64,000 nucleotides of DNA, taken from positions 81,530,001 through 81,594,000 of the forward strand of contig OZ024741.1 of the NCBI GenBank assembly GCA_964016885.1, written 5' to 3'. A program made the translations under genes and the position numbers. This DNA comes from Eledone cirrhosa (lineage: Eukaryota). Positions within the stretch are counted from its first letter, which is position 1. Every line of letters begins with the position of its first letter. Shown here piece after piece: positions 52,323-64,000 of this stretch. The notes beneath the pieces are model-generated. The model had not been told where the DNA came from, ran no database searches, and saw nothing but the letters and a program-made list of their open reading frames with translations.

Positions 52323-52745
52323 AATGGTAGTGCTCGTGCTGGGATAAAATGCATCCAGTGTACTCTGTAAAGTGGTAGTGCTGGTGTCACCATATAACGT
52401 GCCCACTACTGTCTGTAAAGTGGTAGTGCTGGTACCACAATATAATGTGCTTACTGCAGTCTGTAAAATGGTAGGGATAGTGCTGATGCCAGGATAACAT
52501 CTAGCCGCTACACACTATAAAGTGGTAATGCTGGTGCCAGCGTAAAATGCATCCAGTATACACTGTAAAGTGGTAGTGTTGGTGTCACCATATAACGTGC
52601 CCACTACTGTCTGTAAAGTTGTAGTGCTGGTGCCAGGATAAATGCATCCAGTACATTCTGTAAAGTGGTAATGCTGGTGCCATAATTGAATGTGCTCAGC
52701 ACATTCAGGAAAGTGGTAGTGCTGGTGCCACGTTAAAATACATCG
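52323..52745. repeat. ~48-bp minisatellite, about 9 units, with a conserved half (ctgtaaagtggtagtgctggtg) and a variable half
   Basis: Units delimited by tgtaaagtggtagtgctggtg; variable halves of units 2 and 6 are identical. Confidence 0.9.
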
Positions 52746-52789
52746 ATACCAACGAACTTTCAGCGTCACTTGGCCTTACTATTCAAGAC

Positions 52790-53240
52790 AAGCGACAGGC
52801 ATCATCGAAGGGTGGACTTCAGTGCCTACATCGACTGCCTGTCGCGACTCTCATTAACGGAGATGCAGTGCTGTGAAAGATCAATAACAATCTATGAAAT
52901 ACTGGGGTCGTTAGCTAGCTGCACGTGGAGAAAATTGCCGGGTTAGGATGATCTGTTCTATGAGATATACGTTTACATGCCACACTTGTTCAGTGACTTC
53001 TTAGTGGTTGTCTACACTAATTGGCTGCAAAACGGGAGAATTCCCAGTTCTGTGAGTCAAAGGTGGGTGGCGCTGTTGAGAAAAGACCCGAACCTGAGGG
53101 ATCATAATTTCAAGTCTATAACTCTGCTAAATGTAAAGTTCAATATTTTGGCCATGGTTTTAGCATAGAGGTTTTGGCTAGTCGTCAAATGTCTGGTTGG
53201 AGAGGTGCAAGCGCGCACCATACCAAATAGGTCTATCCTG
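52790..53240 (+). mobile_element. Decayed L1/Tx1-like RT N-terminal fragment
   Basis: KLPGLDDLFYEIY, WLQNGRIPSSV, LLRKDP, FKSITLLNVKFNILAMVLA. Confidence 0.7.
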
Positions 53241-53367
53241 ACAGAGAAGCTCACTGCATACATTGATAAGCTACAAAAATAAACACACCAGATTGTTCAT
53301 GTCACGCACTTTACACAGTTACAAGTATATTATTTACTTCATACAAGTGCACATTATCTGTTTAAAA

Positions 53368-53554
53368 GGCGGTGGATTGGCAGTATCGGTAGAGGGTCGG
53401 ACGCCATGCTTTCCAGCATAGTTACGTCCCTTTACGATCTGAGTTCAAATCCCGCCGAGGTTGACTTTGCCTTTCATCCTTGCGGGGTCGATAAAATAAA
53501 GTACCAGTAATGTACTGGGTAATTGCTGGCCTTGTGCCAAAGGTAGAAACAATT
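53368..53554 (+). mobile_element. SINE family A, well preserved, with flanking direct repeat attatctgtttaaaa (probable target-site duplication)
   Basis: attatctgtttaaaa at about 53353-53367 and again at about 53552-53566. Confidence 0.9.
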
Positions 53555-53589
53555 ATCTGTTTAAAATCATATTTACAACATGATGATAA

Positions 53590-54700
53590 TCAATCATATA
53601 AGAATGCTCGATTATTTACGACTTGCACGTTTATGGAATATAATCAAATAAAGTATGTAAAAAAATTACATTGATGATTATCTTTCTCAAAGCGATAGTG
53701 CCCTTCTCTATACGTGTGCCCTATCAGTTAAAACAATTTTTTGCACTTGTAGCAGTGATGGCAAACCAGGGATCATTCTTAAATAATTTTCTGTTCCTCT
53801 TCTGATCATTCCTAGTGCTCCTAAAATCACTGGTATTGTAACCCCATTGATATGCCACATTGTTTAAATTTCTATGAGTAAATCTTTATATTTTCTGAGC
53901 TTCTCAAATTCTTTTGCCGCAATATTATGATCATATTGGATGCTCATATCAATAAGTAAACAGACTGCTATTTTTTATCTTTTACAATAATATCTGGTCT
54001 TTTAGCTTCCATGGTTCTATCTCCATATACAGTAAAGTCCCTTAGAGTGATGTTAATACCATTTGTCAGCAGTTTGTCAGCAGTTTGTCAGCAGTTTTGA
54101 TTTTATAATGCCGACATATGTGGATATTGGCCAACTCTGTCATACCTTGATTTATACTCTACTGGTGCTAACATTTTACATTCAGAGATTAAGTGGTTTG
54201 CTATTTCAGTATCATCATTGCAGAATCGGCATTTTGGACCAACTCCATTTCTCATCACATTGGCTTGATATTTCCGAGTTAATAAGCTTTGATCTTGAGC
54301 AGCTAAGATAAAGCATTCACACTCAGCCTTTAGCCCTGGGCTAAGTTGTCACTGATGGGTGTGCCTTTGGTAAACATCAGCTACGAGCCACATATTTGCC
54401 ATGCAGAGGTTTCTCCTCCCATCTCGATGTTAATTTTTCATTCGCTTTTTTATTAGCCATTAAGTTTACTTGGTTTGCAACAACAGTTGCCACAGTTTCC
54501 TCTGTTTGTCCAGCCTGGATATCAGTCATGAGACCAATAGCAAATTCTTTGCTCTCTTTCAAGATAGAATGAAGCTTCACACGCCTCTCATGTTTTTCAA
54601 CGACTTTCAACATCCTGTCGTTTACTGTTTCAATATATTTAACCAATCAAGTTATGGCTATTTTGTAAGACAGTTTAAACTAGGTCAAGTCTCGGCCTCC
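53590..54700 (-). mobile_element. Decayed R4/Dong-like 3' part, same family as 25060-26010
   Basis: WEEKPLHGKY; 53590-53740 is near reverse complement of 25665-25820. Confidence 0.75.
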
Positions 54701-54709
54701 TTGAGTATT

Positions 54710-55610
54710 ATTAACTGGAATGTCTACAAGCGTTCGCAACTCTCAGTTAATCGGGCGGTGCGGTCGGTGGAAACTCCACCCTGGCATTCAATACAGCTTT
54801 AGTGGCAGGAAAAGCGACGACGTTTTGGGGGAAACTCTGACGAAAATCAACTAGTTACTCTTTTCCAGAGGACTTTCATATAGAGTCCGGAAATGCCAGA
54901 CGTGGCAGTGCTACCGATGAGAGTTTCCAGTTCGAAATAAAGTCTTGAGGCAAAGAAGTGCCGCCAGCCGGGCCTGTCCGTGATGCGCGCAGGGTGACGA
55001 AACCGTCCTGCCCTCACTTGTCGAGTGTCCGAGTATTGCTGACTTGTGGATTTATATCGAACACCTGCTGACCCCTGTGGGGTGGACGAGACTATCAACT
55101 GAGTCGTTAGTGAAGATCATCCCACCGTCTTCCTTTAAGGGGAAGGACAGGCAGTTTTCATTTGTCAGGTGGCCATGGTGAAATATGTCGTGTGATGGAC
55201 GCGTTTAAAAGGGTTGAATATTAGCGATTTCCTCATCGGTGAGGCTCAGATTCCCCTTTTCAGGTTTCCCTTGAAGAGATAAATCAGAGTGGAGAGGAAA
55301 GCGCTGCCTTCGAACCAGTTGGTTTAAAGGTGGGTGAGAGAGTTTCCCTCTAATTATGCGCCTGTAAATTGAAAGAGGACAACTGAGAAAAGGCACTTAC
55401 CCTAGAGGTCAAGGTTACCGAGGCTTTTCGTGGGCTTTCTTCACGAGAAACTCTCCGAGGTATCCCCATTTTTGGAAAAGTTTAATTTTTCAATTGCTTA
55501 TTGTTTTTTTAGTATTTGTTAAAAACAGATTTTTACACGAAAACCAACACTGTACTTTCCTGTGTCGTCTTTATTGTCCCCGTAATGTAAGCTCAGTGTG
55601 GCTAATAAAG
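54710..55610 (+). mobile_element. Probable 3' continuation of the Tx1/L1-like relic
   Basis: GC-richer decayed coding sequence ending ...ctcagtgtggctaataaag, similar to tgtggccaataaagaaa at 56561. Confidence 0.4.
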
Positions 55611-56222
55611 GGCGGTGGATTGGCAGTATCGGTAGAGGGTCGGACGCCTTGCTTTGCCGCATAGAGTTACGGCACTTTATGATCTGAGTTCAAATCCCGC
55701 CGAGATTAACTTTGCTTTTCATCCTTACGGGGTCGATAAAATAAAGTACCAGTCACGCACTTTGGTCAATTTCATCGACCCCCCCCCAATTGCTGGCCTT
55801 GTGCCTAAATAAGAAACCATTATTATTGTTATTATTATTTGGCAGTATCGGTAGAGGGTCGGACGCCATGCTTTGACGCATAGAGTTACGGTCCTTGCCA
55901 TTCTGAGTTCCATTCCCGCCGAGGTTAACTTTGCCTTTCATCCTTACGGGTCGATAAAATAAAGTACCAGTAATGAACTGGTAATTGCTGGCCTTGTGCC
56001 AAATGTAGAAACAACAATTATTATTATTATTATTACAAGGGCGGCGAATCGGCAGTATCGGTAGAGGGCTGGACGCCATTCTAGCATAGTTACGTCCCTT
56101 CACGGTCTGAGTTCAAATCCCGTCGAGGTTAACTTTGCCTTTTATCCTTACGGGGTCGATAAAATAAAGTACCAGTAATGTACTGGCTAATTGCTGGCCT
56201 TGTGCCAAAAGTAGAAACAATT
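55611..56222 (+). mobile_element. Three tandem SINE family A copies joined by (TTA)n tails
   Basis: Units at 55611, 55840 and 56040. Confidence 0.9.
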
Positions 56223-56805
56223 ATTACATGTCTTCACGGTTTAGTCGCTAATAATAATAGTAATAATTTCATTTATTGGCCTTGCCCTGGTGGCCAATAA
56301 ATAAAATCATTATTATTATTATTAGCGACTAAAGTGTGAAGGCATGTAATTTAAAGAGGAGAGGGGGTACCCTTTCCTGGTGTCCTCGAAGCGTCGGGTG
56401 GTTCAGGATTGTTGGGGTATCTGTTCGCCCCTTGTATGGGGTATCTGTTGTATTTCTTTTGTTTATTGTTATTGTTTATATATATATTTTTTACCCGATT
56501 TTTATTTTGTAAAAGCACCACTGTCCCTGTCTATTGTATGGTCCTCTATATGTAGACCCTTGTGGCCAATAAAGAAAGAATTCTTCTTCTTATTATTGTT
56601 ACTATTATTACTGATTATGCTGAGATTTCTCATCATTGCTTTTTCATATTTACTAAGTGCACAGATGAATCATATTATATGCAGAGATAATTTGACTTTA
56701 TAACTTAATGAAACTCAGACTCTCTCTCACATATACACAAAAACACATGCACCCGTGCACTAACACACACACTCACACGCATATATATATGTGTGTTGGT
56801 GTGTG

Positions 56806-56875
<70 letters not shown>

Positions 56876-56876
56876 A

Positions 56877-56932
<56 letters not shown>

Positions 56933-57573
56933 GTATATATATATATATGTATATATATATATCTATATATATATATACATATAAATACATCCATCCATTC
57001 GCACATAATACATACGTACTTACACACACACATATATACGCAAATGCACAAGTACATCTAATAAACTACTCCCATAACAGAGTCGTGCGCGTACCCCCCC
57101 CCCCCCTACACACACACTACAAACAACATATACACATTGAAAAAGTAGCAATACGTTAATGGGAAGAAAGAACTGCAAGTTTTCAATATTAAATTAAAGA
57201 AATGCAGCAGATATATGATCGGAAATGTTCAATATATCTACTTTATCGAAGTACAAAAATAACAACAAAAATACCAACAAACCACACACCAAAGAAGAAG
57301 AACAACAAAGAAGCTGGGAGAGAAACATAAAACAACACAGCAAAACAATACCTAACCCCATTACATTTCATATAACATTGTAGTCTACTAAAAGAAGTAT
57401 TTTCTATATGTGTATGTATATATGTACTATGTGTATGTATGTATGTATGAATGTATGTTAGGTCGCTTTCGAGAATATATATATATATACATACATACAC
57501 ACACACACACATATATATATATATACATACATGCATACACACACGCATATATACACACACATACATATATGTG

Positions 57574-57616
<43 letters not shown>

Positions 57617-58119
57617 CTGTGGCTGCTTTCTTTTGTTCTTTGCCTAACATCAATTTCTATAAAGATTATTATTATTAATAATAATATTGGATAGAAGTGT
57701 GTATGATAGATAGGAAACAGCGAAAACCTATACCATCTAGTCGTAATGTTCAACCCTTCCTTTATCCCACACATTCTTCCTTAGTTTTCTTTCTTTCTTT
57801 TTTTTTCTTTCATTTTTTTCTTTCTTTCTTTCATTTTTTCTTTCTTTTTTTCTTTCCCTCCATCATTCTTCCGGTCCTTCCATCATTTCGTATCGAATTA
57901 TCTGCTTTCTTATAGAATATTAACACTTGTTTCACTTCTGCCACCACTACTACAACCACCACCGTGCAACGTGAAATAAAGCGGCGTGTTCAACGCATCA
58001 CGGGTCCAGAAGTTCAACTCAAGACCTTACGACCGTGAGATGAACATTCTAACTAACTAACTGGAAGGTAATATCCGTAGTGGTAGAGCACTCAGTCCAC
58101 GGGACGAGTTTGGTAGAAG

Positions 58120-59190
58120 TATTAACACAACAGTTAGTTCCCCATACCGAGAACAATTGTTTCACCTTGTGCGGATCTTCAGCTCGGACTGGTAATAGTT
58201 TTACGGAACATTTCTAAAATATTATTTACGAAGTTTCTAAATACAGTAGGAGGGTGGCATGCCACTCTCCTACTGATTTTAGAAACTTCGTAAATAATAT
58301 CAGTACTAGAATCTCTAACCTCTTCTCTAATAATGCAATCTTTGACAGAGCGGCCTCCTACTACAACACGGTGTTAGCTAACAGCGGCTTCTCGCAACCA
58401 ATTACTTACTCCCCCATTAACACCAACAGCAATAAGAAAACAAATCGTAACAATAGACAAAGTATCTGGTTCTCTCTTCCCTTCTCACTCAACGTTAAAA
58501 CTAATGTAGGAAAAAGGTTTTTAGCCCTCTTAGATAGACACTTTACCATAGGTCACAAATACCGCTCCAACTTTAACAGACACAGAGTAAAACTAGGGTA
58601 CTCCTGCGCTAAGAATATGAAGGCCCACATCACCAACAGTCCTAAGAGCAGCACCCCACCAGGATGCTGCTGCAGAAAGTCTGAGGCTTGTCCCCTTCAA
58701 CAGCAATGCAACACACCCGCTGTAGTTTATGAAGCTGTGGTCACTTCCAACCGACCAAATCAACCACAGGAGGTCAAATCCTATGTGGGTATGGCGGAGG
58801 GCCGTTATAAGGAGCGCTTCCTGAACCATCAGTCGACCATTAGGTACCTGGACAAACGATCATCCACGAAGAGCGCGAACCACGTTTGGTCCCTCAAAGA
58901 CTCAGGTATAGACTACTCCATTTAATAGAAAGCTATCACTAAGTCCAAGCTATATGCAAGGGGTAATCCGTCTTGTGGACTGTGTATTGAAGAAAGGATA
59001 AATATTCTAAGGACATTACGCAATATTCCAAGGAGATTAAGTGGTTTTGTGTCGGTGGGTGAAATGACCGTTTCTGCGCATGCGTTTTCATACGGTCGTA
59101 TTTCCTGTTCCGTATAACCATTACCGAGCTGGAGATCCGCACGAAGTGAAACAATTGTTCTTGGTATGGTGAACTAACTGTTGTATTAAT
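58120..59190 (+). mobile_element. 5'-truncated PLE with GIY-YIG region (58254-59040), 3' pseudo-LTR and inverted 5' pseudo-LTR piece
   Basis: IWFSLPFSLNVKTNVGKRF, CCCRKSEACPLQQQC, VVYEA...SYVG...YKERFLNH; 58120-58215 is inverted relative to 59100-59190. Confidence 0.88.
58146..58187 (-). ncRNA. Type I hammerhead ribozyme in inverted pseudo-LTR; the + copy at 59124-59164 has an A6G core change
   Basis: CCGAG-CUGAAGA-U-CCgcacaaGG-U-GAAA-CAAUUG-UU-CUCGG. Confidence 0.78.
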
Positions 59191-59321
59191 ACTTATATAT
59201 ATATATATATCAAGATAAGCAGAACAAGTAAAATTCAACCAATTTTTCAAAATAAATCAAAATTAATTTACAATTAAAATTAATCAAAATTAAAAAATAT
59301 AATATAAATATTTACCTATTC

Positions 59322-59411
59322 AAATGGCCCTTACTGTACAGTTTCACTTTGCAAAACATTAGATATCACATGGATATTAATGGAATAACAAAGATCATCA
59401 GAGAAGCATTT
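59322..59411 (-). ncRNA. Type I hammerhead ribozyme of the 519-bp unit
   Basis: AAAUGCUUCU-CUGAUGA-U-CUUUGU...GCAAAG-U-GAAA-CUGUACAG-UA-AGGGCCAUUU. Confidence 0.82.
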
Positions 59412-60289
59412 TCCTTTCCTAGGGTTAAAAACCTCAGGAACGATAAAATATATGGCCTCGTCTCCAACTGACACAGATCTGAAAGGTCGTAAAAGTGACC
59501 CGTATGTACGCTGGGGTGCAGTGAAGGCGGGAAATAGTAGACTTGTTGTCTATAGTCGCCACTAAAAAAAATAGCAGCTAGATAGAACGACAAATTTGTT
59601 CTCTACATAACGGAGAATAATGGATAAAGTTAATATATCTGAGGGTACAAGGTACCCCCAGAAATACATAGGTTGTCTATGATTCAAGGTGGTTCTATGG
59701 TAATAATTTGATATACCAGAACTTAATATCAAGATAAGCAGAACAAGTAAAATTCAACCAATTTTTCAAAATAAATCAAAATTAATTTACAATTAAAATT
59801 AATCAAAATTAAAAAATATAATATAAATATTTACCTATTCAAATGGCCCTTACTGTACAGTTTCACTTTGAAAAACATTAGATATTTTTTAATTTTGATT
59901 AATTTTAATTGTAAATTAATTTTGATTTATTTTGGAAAATTGGTTGAATTTTACTTGTTCTGCTTATCTTGATATTAAGTTCTGGTATATCAAATTATTA
60001 CCATAGAACCACCTTGAATCATAGACAACCTATGTATTTCTGGGGGTACCTTGTACCCTCAGATATATTAACTTTATCCATTATTCTCCGTTATGTAGAG
60101 AACAAATCTGTCGTTCTATCTAGCTGCTATTTTTTTTAGTGGCGACTATAGACAACAAGTCTACTATTTCCCGCCTTCACTGCACCCCAGCGTACATACG
60201 GGTCACTTTTACGACCTTTCAGATCTGTGTCAGTTGGAGACGGGGCCATATATTTTATCGTTCCTGAGGTTTTTAACCCTAGGAAAGGA

Positions 60290-60379
60290 AAATGCTTCTC
60301 TGATGATCTTTGCTTTTCCATTAATATCCATGTGATATCTAATGTTTTGCAAATTGAAACTGTACAGTAAGGGCCATTT
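60290..60379 (+). ncRNA. Type I hammerhead ribozyme, inverted-arm copy
   Basis: aaatgcttct-ctgatga-tctttgc...gcaaatt-gaaa-ctgtacag-ta-agggccattt. Confidence 0.8.
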
Positions 60380-60596
60380 GAATAGGTAAATATTTATATT
60401 ATATTTTTTAATTTTGATTAATTTTAATTGTAAATTAATTTTGATTTATTTTGAAAAATTGGTTGAATTTTACTTGTTCTGCTTATCTTGATATTAATTT
60501 CTGGTATATCAAATTATTACCATAGAACCACCTTGAATCATAGACAACCTATGTATTTCTGGCGGTACCTTGTACCCTCAGATATATTAACTTTAT

Positions 60597-60633
<37 letters not shown>

Positions 60634-60793
60634 AATTTTGAGTATATGTTGGTTGTCTACCGACAGCTCAGTATGCAGATTGGAGCACTCGACGAAGTAT
60701 GCAGGTTGGTTTGTTTACTCGGGATTAATGTAAAATAAAATAAGTAAGTCAAATATATAAAATTTGGCTTCGTTTATTACAAGTTATAAATTT

Positions 60794-60848
60794 ACTGCTA
60801 TATATATTTCGGTGACAGCTATTATAGGCTGTGACTTCTTCAGGCAGT
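60794..60848 (-). ncRNA. Type I hammerhead ribozyme (family H3 copy)
   Basis: ACUGC-CUGAAGA-AGUCACAGCCUauaaUAGCUGUCACC-GAAA-UAUAUA-UA-GCAGU. Confidence 0.75.
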
Positions 60849-61538
60849 CCGAATTAGTGTGGAAAAGACAGGTAGACATTTTGTTGAAGTGTGTTCCACT
60901 CTGTCAATTCATTGATATGTCCAGCTCCTGGGTGTGATGTTAGTCCTCCGAGGATCTGGAATCATATAGGCTAGAACAAACGAATTTAAGCGTCATAGGA
61001 CCCGCTCGTATCCCATTGGTCAGTTGTAAGACAACTCCTCAGTCAAAAGTCTATAGAAATTCTTCTGAGGCAGGTCAGCCTGTTATAGTTGTTTTTGTCA
61101 GAATATTTAAGTACAGCTGACCTTCACTGTGTTGGTAGTGGTAGTAGTGTTAAGAGGTCAGCTAGCAGGTCAACTTTAGTATGCTGCTGCTATGGTCTAA
61201 AGAATTTATGTGTGTAGACTGTAGACTGGTATCTATCCTGCCATCATTTCAGGTGAGGGGGGGGGGGGCACACAAATAAAGAATGCGTGTGTGTTACAAC
61301 CAATATAAAACATTTTGAAAAATATAAACTGATATAAAAAAAGCTGTGTGTCAGAATCGAGATGTGTAAATAATTCTTATTCTAGCATAGAGGTTGATTA
61401 GGCTGCTCCCACCACTGAGTATCTCGAGTTTGCACAATGTCAATTAGATCCTTAGGGATTTTTGTACAAGTTGAAAAGATATATATAATTCTTTCTATAC
61501 ATACACACACATGTACATGCACACATAAACACGCACTC

Positions 61539-61656
<118 letters not shown>

Positions 61657-61699
61657 TAAATGTGGAGAGGAAGCACACGAGTTAGGAGGATATATATAT

Positions 61700-63617
61700 A
61701 TATGAAAACAGGGAGAAAGAGACGATTATTAGGAAGAAAAATATTTTTTTTTCCTTTTTTGTTTCTCTCTCTCTTTTTTCTGGATTAGAAAATGATTAAA
61801 ACGAAATGTTTTACTTTGTGTGAAGTGTTAAGGTATTAGTTGATTCATTTATTATTTAACAATGGCATTTATTTATCTATTTATATAATTAATTATTGTC
61901 TATTACCGGTTTCAGCATTTTTATGCATTATCAAATAATAGTAAAATGTATTAGTGTGGTGTCGCACATGTTAAACAGAAGGTGCAGAAAGAATAATGTT
62001 ATTTACAAACAAAGTTTATGAAGTGAAAAGAAAAAAGAAAAATGAAAAAAAAACGTGCATAATGCGGAACGTAAAAAGTCAATGTGGAAGAAAAAATAAT
62101 GTTATTTACAAGCACAGTCATTGAAGTTAAAACGTGTTAATATAGCAAGAGTGCTTAGTTGATCCATGATTCCGTGATGGAGGCAAATGGTGGACTGAGG
62201 TTTGATATGATTTCCCTTTTTAGAGAGTTAATATACAGGGGAAGCAATTCTTGCTGGGTGATATTTAATTTATTTAAGAAAAAGGATTAGGTAGGGTGTG
62301 ATGGAGGTAACTCTTGTAAATGTTTGATTGTTTGTTGCAGTTTTAGATTGGTCCGATTTTTAGAGCATTAAGTAGGGGTTGAAATTTATTAATGAAATGT
62401 GTTTCCTTATTGGTACGTTGGATGAAAGTAGCGTTGTCTATGAATTTATAAATGGGGAAAATTTTAAAGTTTGGATGTTGGTTGAGAGCACAATTGGCGA
62501 TATGTTCACTAAATGCAATCTTTCTTATTCCTGTATTTTAATTTGTGATTTATGGACGGTCATACGTTGACGGAGGTTGTTTTTTGTCTATCCTATGTAG
62601 TGCTCTTGACAACATGAGCAGGCAAAACATAGATAAGGTTTTCAGATGCACATGTAAAGTTGTGTTTAACTGTGAAACGTTGTCCTTGTTTAAAATGGAA
62701 TGTTGAACCTTCTATTAGATTTATGCATATGCCACAGTTGGGCCTTCCGCATTTTGTTACTGTAGGGTTCATTGTGAGGGTTTGTTGGATTTTGGCTTGT
62801 GTGGGGATGTTTTTTATGGATTTGGGTTATCTTTTGCTCTTTATGTTGTTGTGTGTTTGGAGGATATTGTTCATTCTTGGATCTCTTTTTAGTAAAGGAA
62901 TGTTCTGGAGGATGGTGTCGAATGCCCCATTGTTGAGGGGGTTGTGTGTCGAGATGTATGGTAGAGTTTTTTGTTGCGATTCATTCCTGGGTTTGGGGTG
63001 TCTGAGTTCCTGGATGTCTAGTTTTAGGGCACGTTGGAATCCATTGATGATTAGGGATGGTGGGTAGTTTCTGCTGATAAGTGTGTTTTTTAATTCTTCT
63101 AGTCGTGTGTAGCATGTGTATTTATCTGAAACTATTGTGCAGATCCTTCTGGCTAGGTTACAAGGAATTGCCATTTTGGTGTGTCTAGGGTGGCACGAGT
63201 TGAATGGAATGTATTGTTTTGAGTCTGTGGGTTTGTAGTATATGTCTGTTTCTATTTTGTTGCTTGTTTTCTTGATGGGGATGTGGAGGAAAGGGAGTTG
63301 TTTATGGCTATAATCCATTGTGAATTGTAAGTTAATGTTGAGTCCATTCAGAAGGGTTTTGAACTCAAACAGTCTATCTATACTTTCATGCCAGAGGATG
63401 AAGCAGTCGTCCAGATATCTCTTCCAGTTCTTTTCTGTATGTTGGTAGAAGTGGTTGCCGTATTTGTCTAGAACTTTGCGGTAGAGAATGGTTTCCAAAT
63501 ATCCCATGACAAGGTTGGCGTATGAGGGGGCCACTTTCGTGCCCATGACAGTCCCAGATTTCTGTCTGTAGTATTTGCCATTGAATTCGAAGAAATTGTT
63601 TTCCAAGATGAAATATA
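61700..63617 (-). mobile_element. Second, 5'-truncated copy of the PLE family at 8690-12215
   Basis: ORF 62827-63672 is nearly identical (FILENNFFEF...RYLDD...KPTDSKQY) to 10350-11110; GIY-YIG remnant and pseudo-LTR follow. Confidence 0.93.
61900..61940 (-). ncRNA. Variant hammerhead (U3-A8 core)
   Basis: UUAU-UUGAUAA-U-GCAUaaaaAUGC-U-GAAA-CCGG-UA-AUAG. Confidence 0.65.
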
Positions 63618-64000
63618 CGTACGATGTAATATATACAGTATTTCTTCTCCCAATCAGCATAATCAACCACACAAAAAATCAATTAAACAAGGCTATAAGA
63701 TTAAAAGGCACCTATGAAGACACAATAGATAAATAAACGATAGCTATCTATCCGCGATCAACAGCCACAGAATATTTACCCAGTATTTCTAATAGCCCGT
63801 GGAAATCGATTAGATATATCGCCAACCATACACAATTAGGTACAAAATCAAAGTTAGAAGAAAAAATGTATATAAGCAAACACCAAAATTATGTCTCTAC
63901 CCCATGAGATTTCATTCGCTTTTTGGAAATATCCGATCAAGGATAAATTCACGAGTTTCGAAATCATCAGGAAACAAACTCAATTGGACAAAGATTTTTC

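Larger units (their letters stand above)
59211..60600. mobile_element. Retrozyme-like element: 519-bp non-coding unit, ~1.3 tandem units followed by ~1.4 inverted units, in (TA)n
   Basis: caagataagcagaacaag at 59211 and 59730; reverse-complement arm about 59883-60600; one HHR per unit. Confidence 0.85.

Noticed and set aside
52323-52745. CRISPR array
   Set aside because: Eukaryotic context, no cas genes, and the spacers are homologous to one another with two identical
53368-53460. tRNA genes at SINE heads
   Set aside because: Only A/B-box-like motifs fused to SINE bodies; no convincing cloverleaf

Overview
This is AT-rich eukaryotic (animal) intergenic or intronic DNA with no confidently identifiable host gene and one 200-N assembly gap (26614-26813). 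The microsatellite load ((TA)n, (CA)n, (TATG)n, (TAG)n) and the tRNA-derived SINEs resemble octopod cephalopod DNA; that is an inference from recalled repeat families. Almost all real coding signal comes from decayed retroelements: at least six Penelope-like element (PLE) copies (RT and/or GIY-YIG), RTE-clade LINEs with C-terminal C2H2 fingers, R4/Dong-like and CRE-like restriction-endonuclease elements, and Tx1/L1-like and RNase H-bearing LINE relics. Most ORFs in the track are microsatellite artefacts. The main hidden layer is RNA structure. About 20 type I hammerhead ribozyme (HHR) motifs can be read by eye on both strands, about 12 with all three stems intact. Some sit in PLE pseudo-LTRs. 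Others sit in non-coding, (TA)n-flanked elements that look like retrozymes, notably a 519-bp permuted tandem-plus-inverted repeat at 59211-60600 and a ~400-bp structured element at 21355-21753. Other notable patterns are recurrent twin-priming-like inversions at (TA)n targets, a head-to-tail chain of RTE-family elements joined through (TATG)n tails, and an R4/Dong-like element sitting in (CATA)n. All structures were paired manually, and coordinates are approximate to a few bases.
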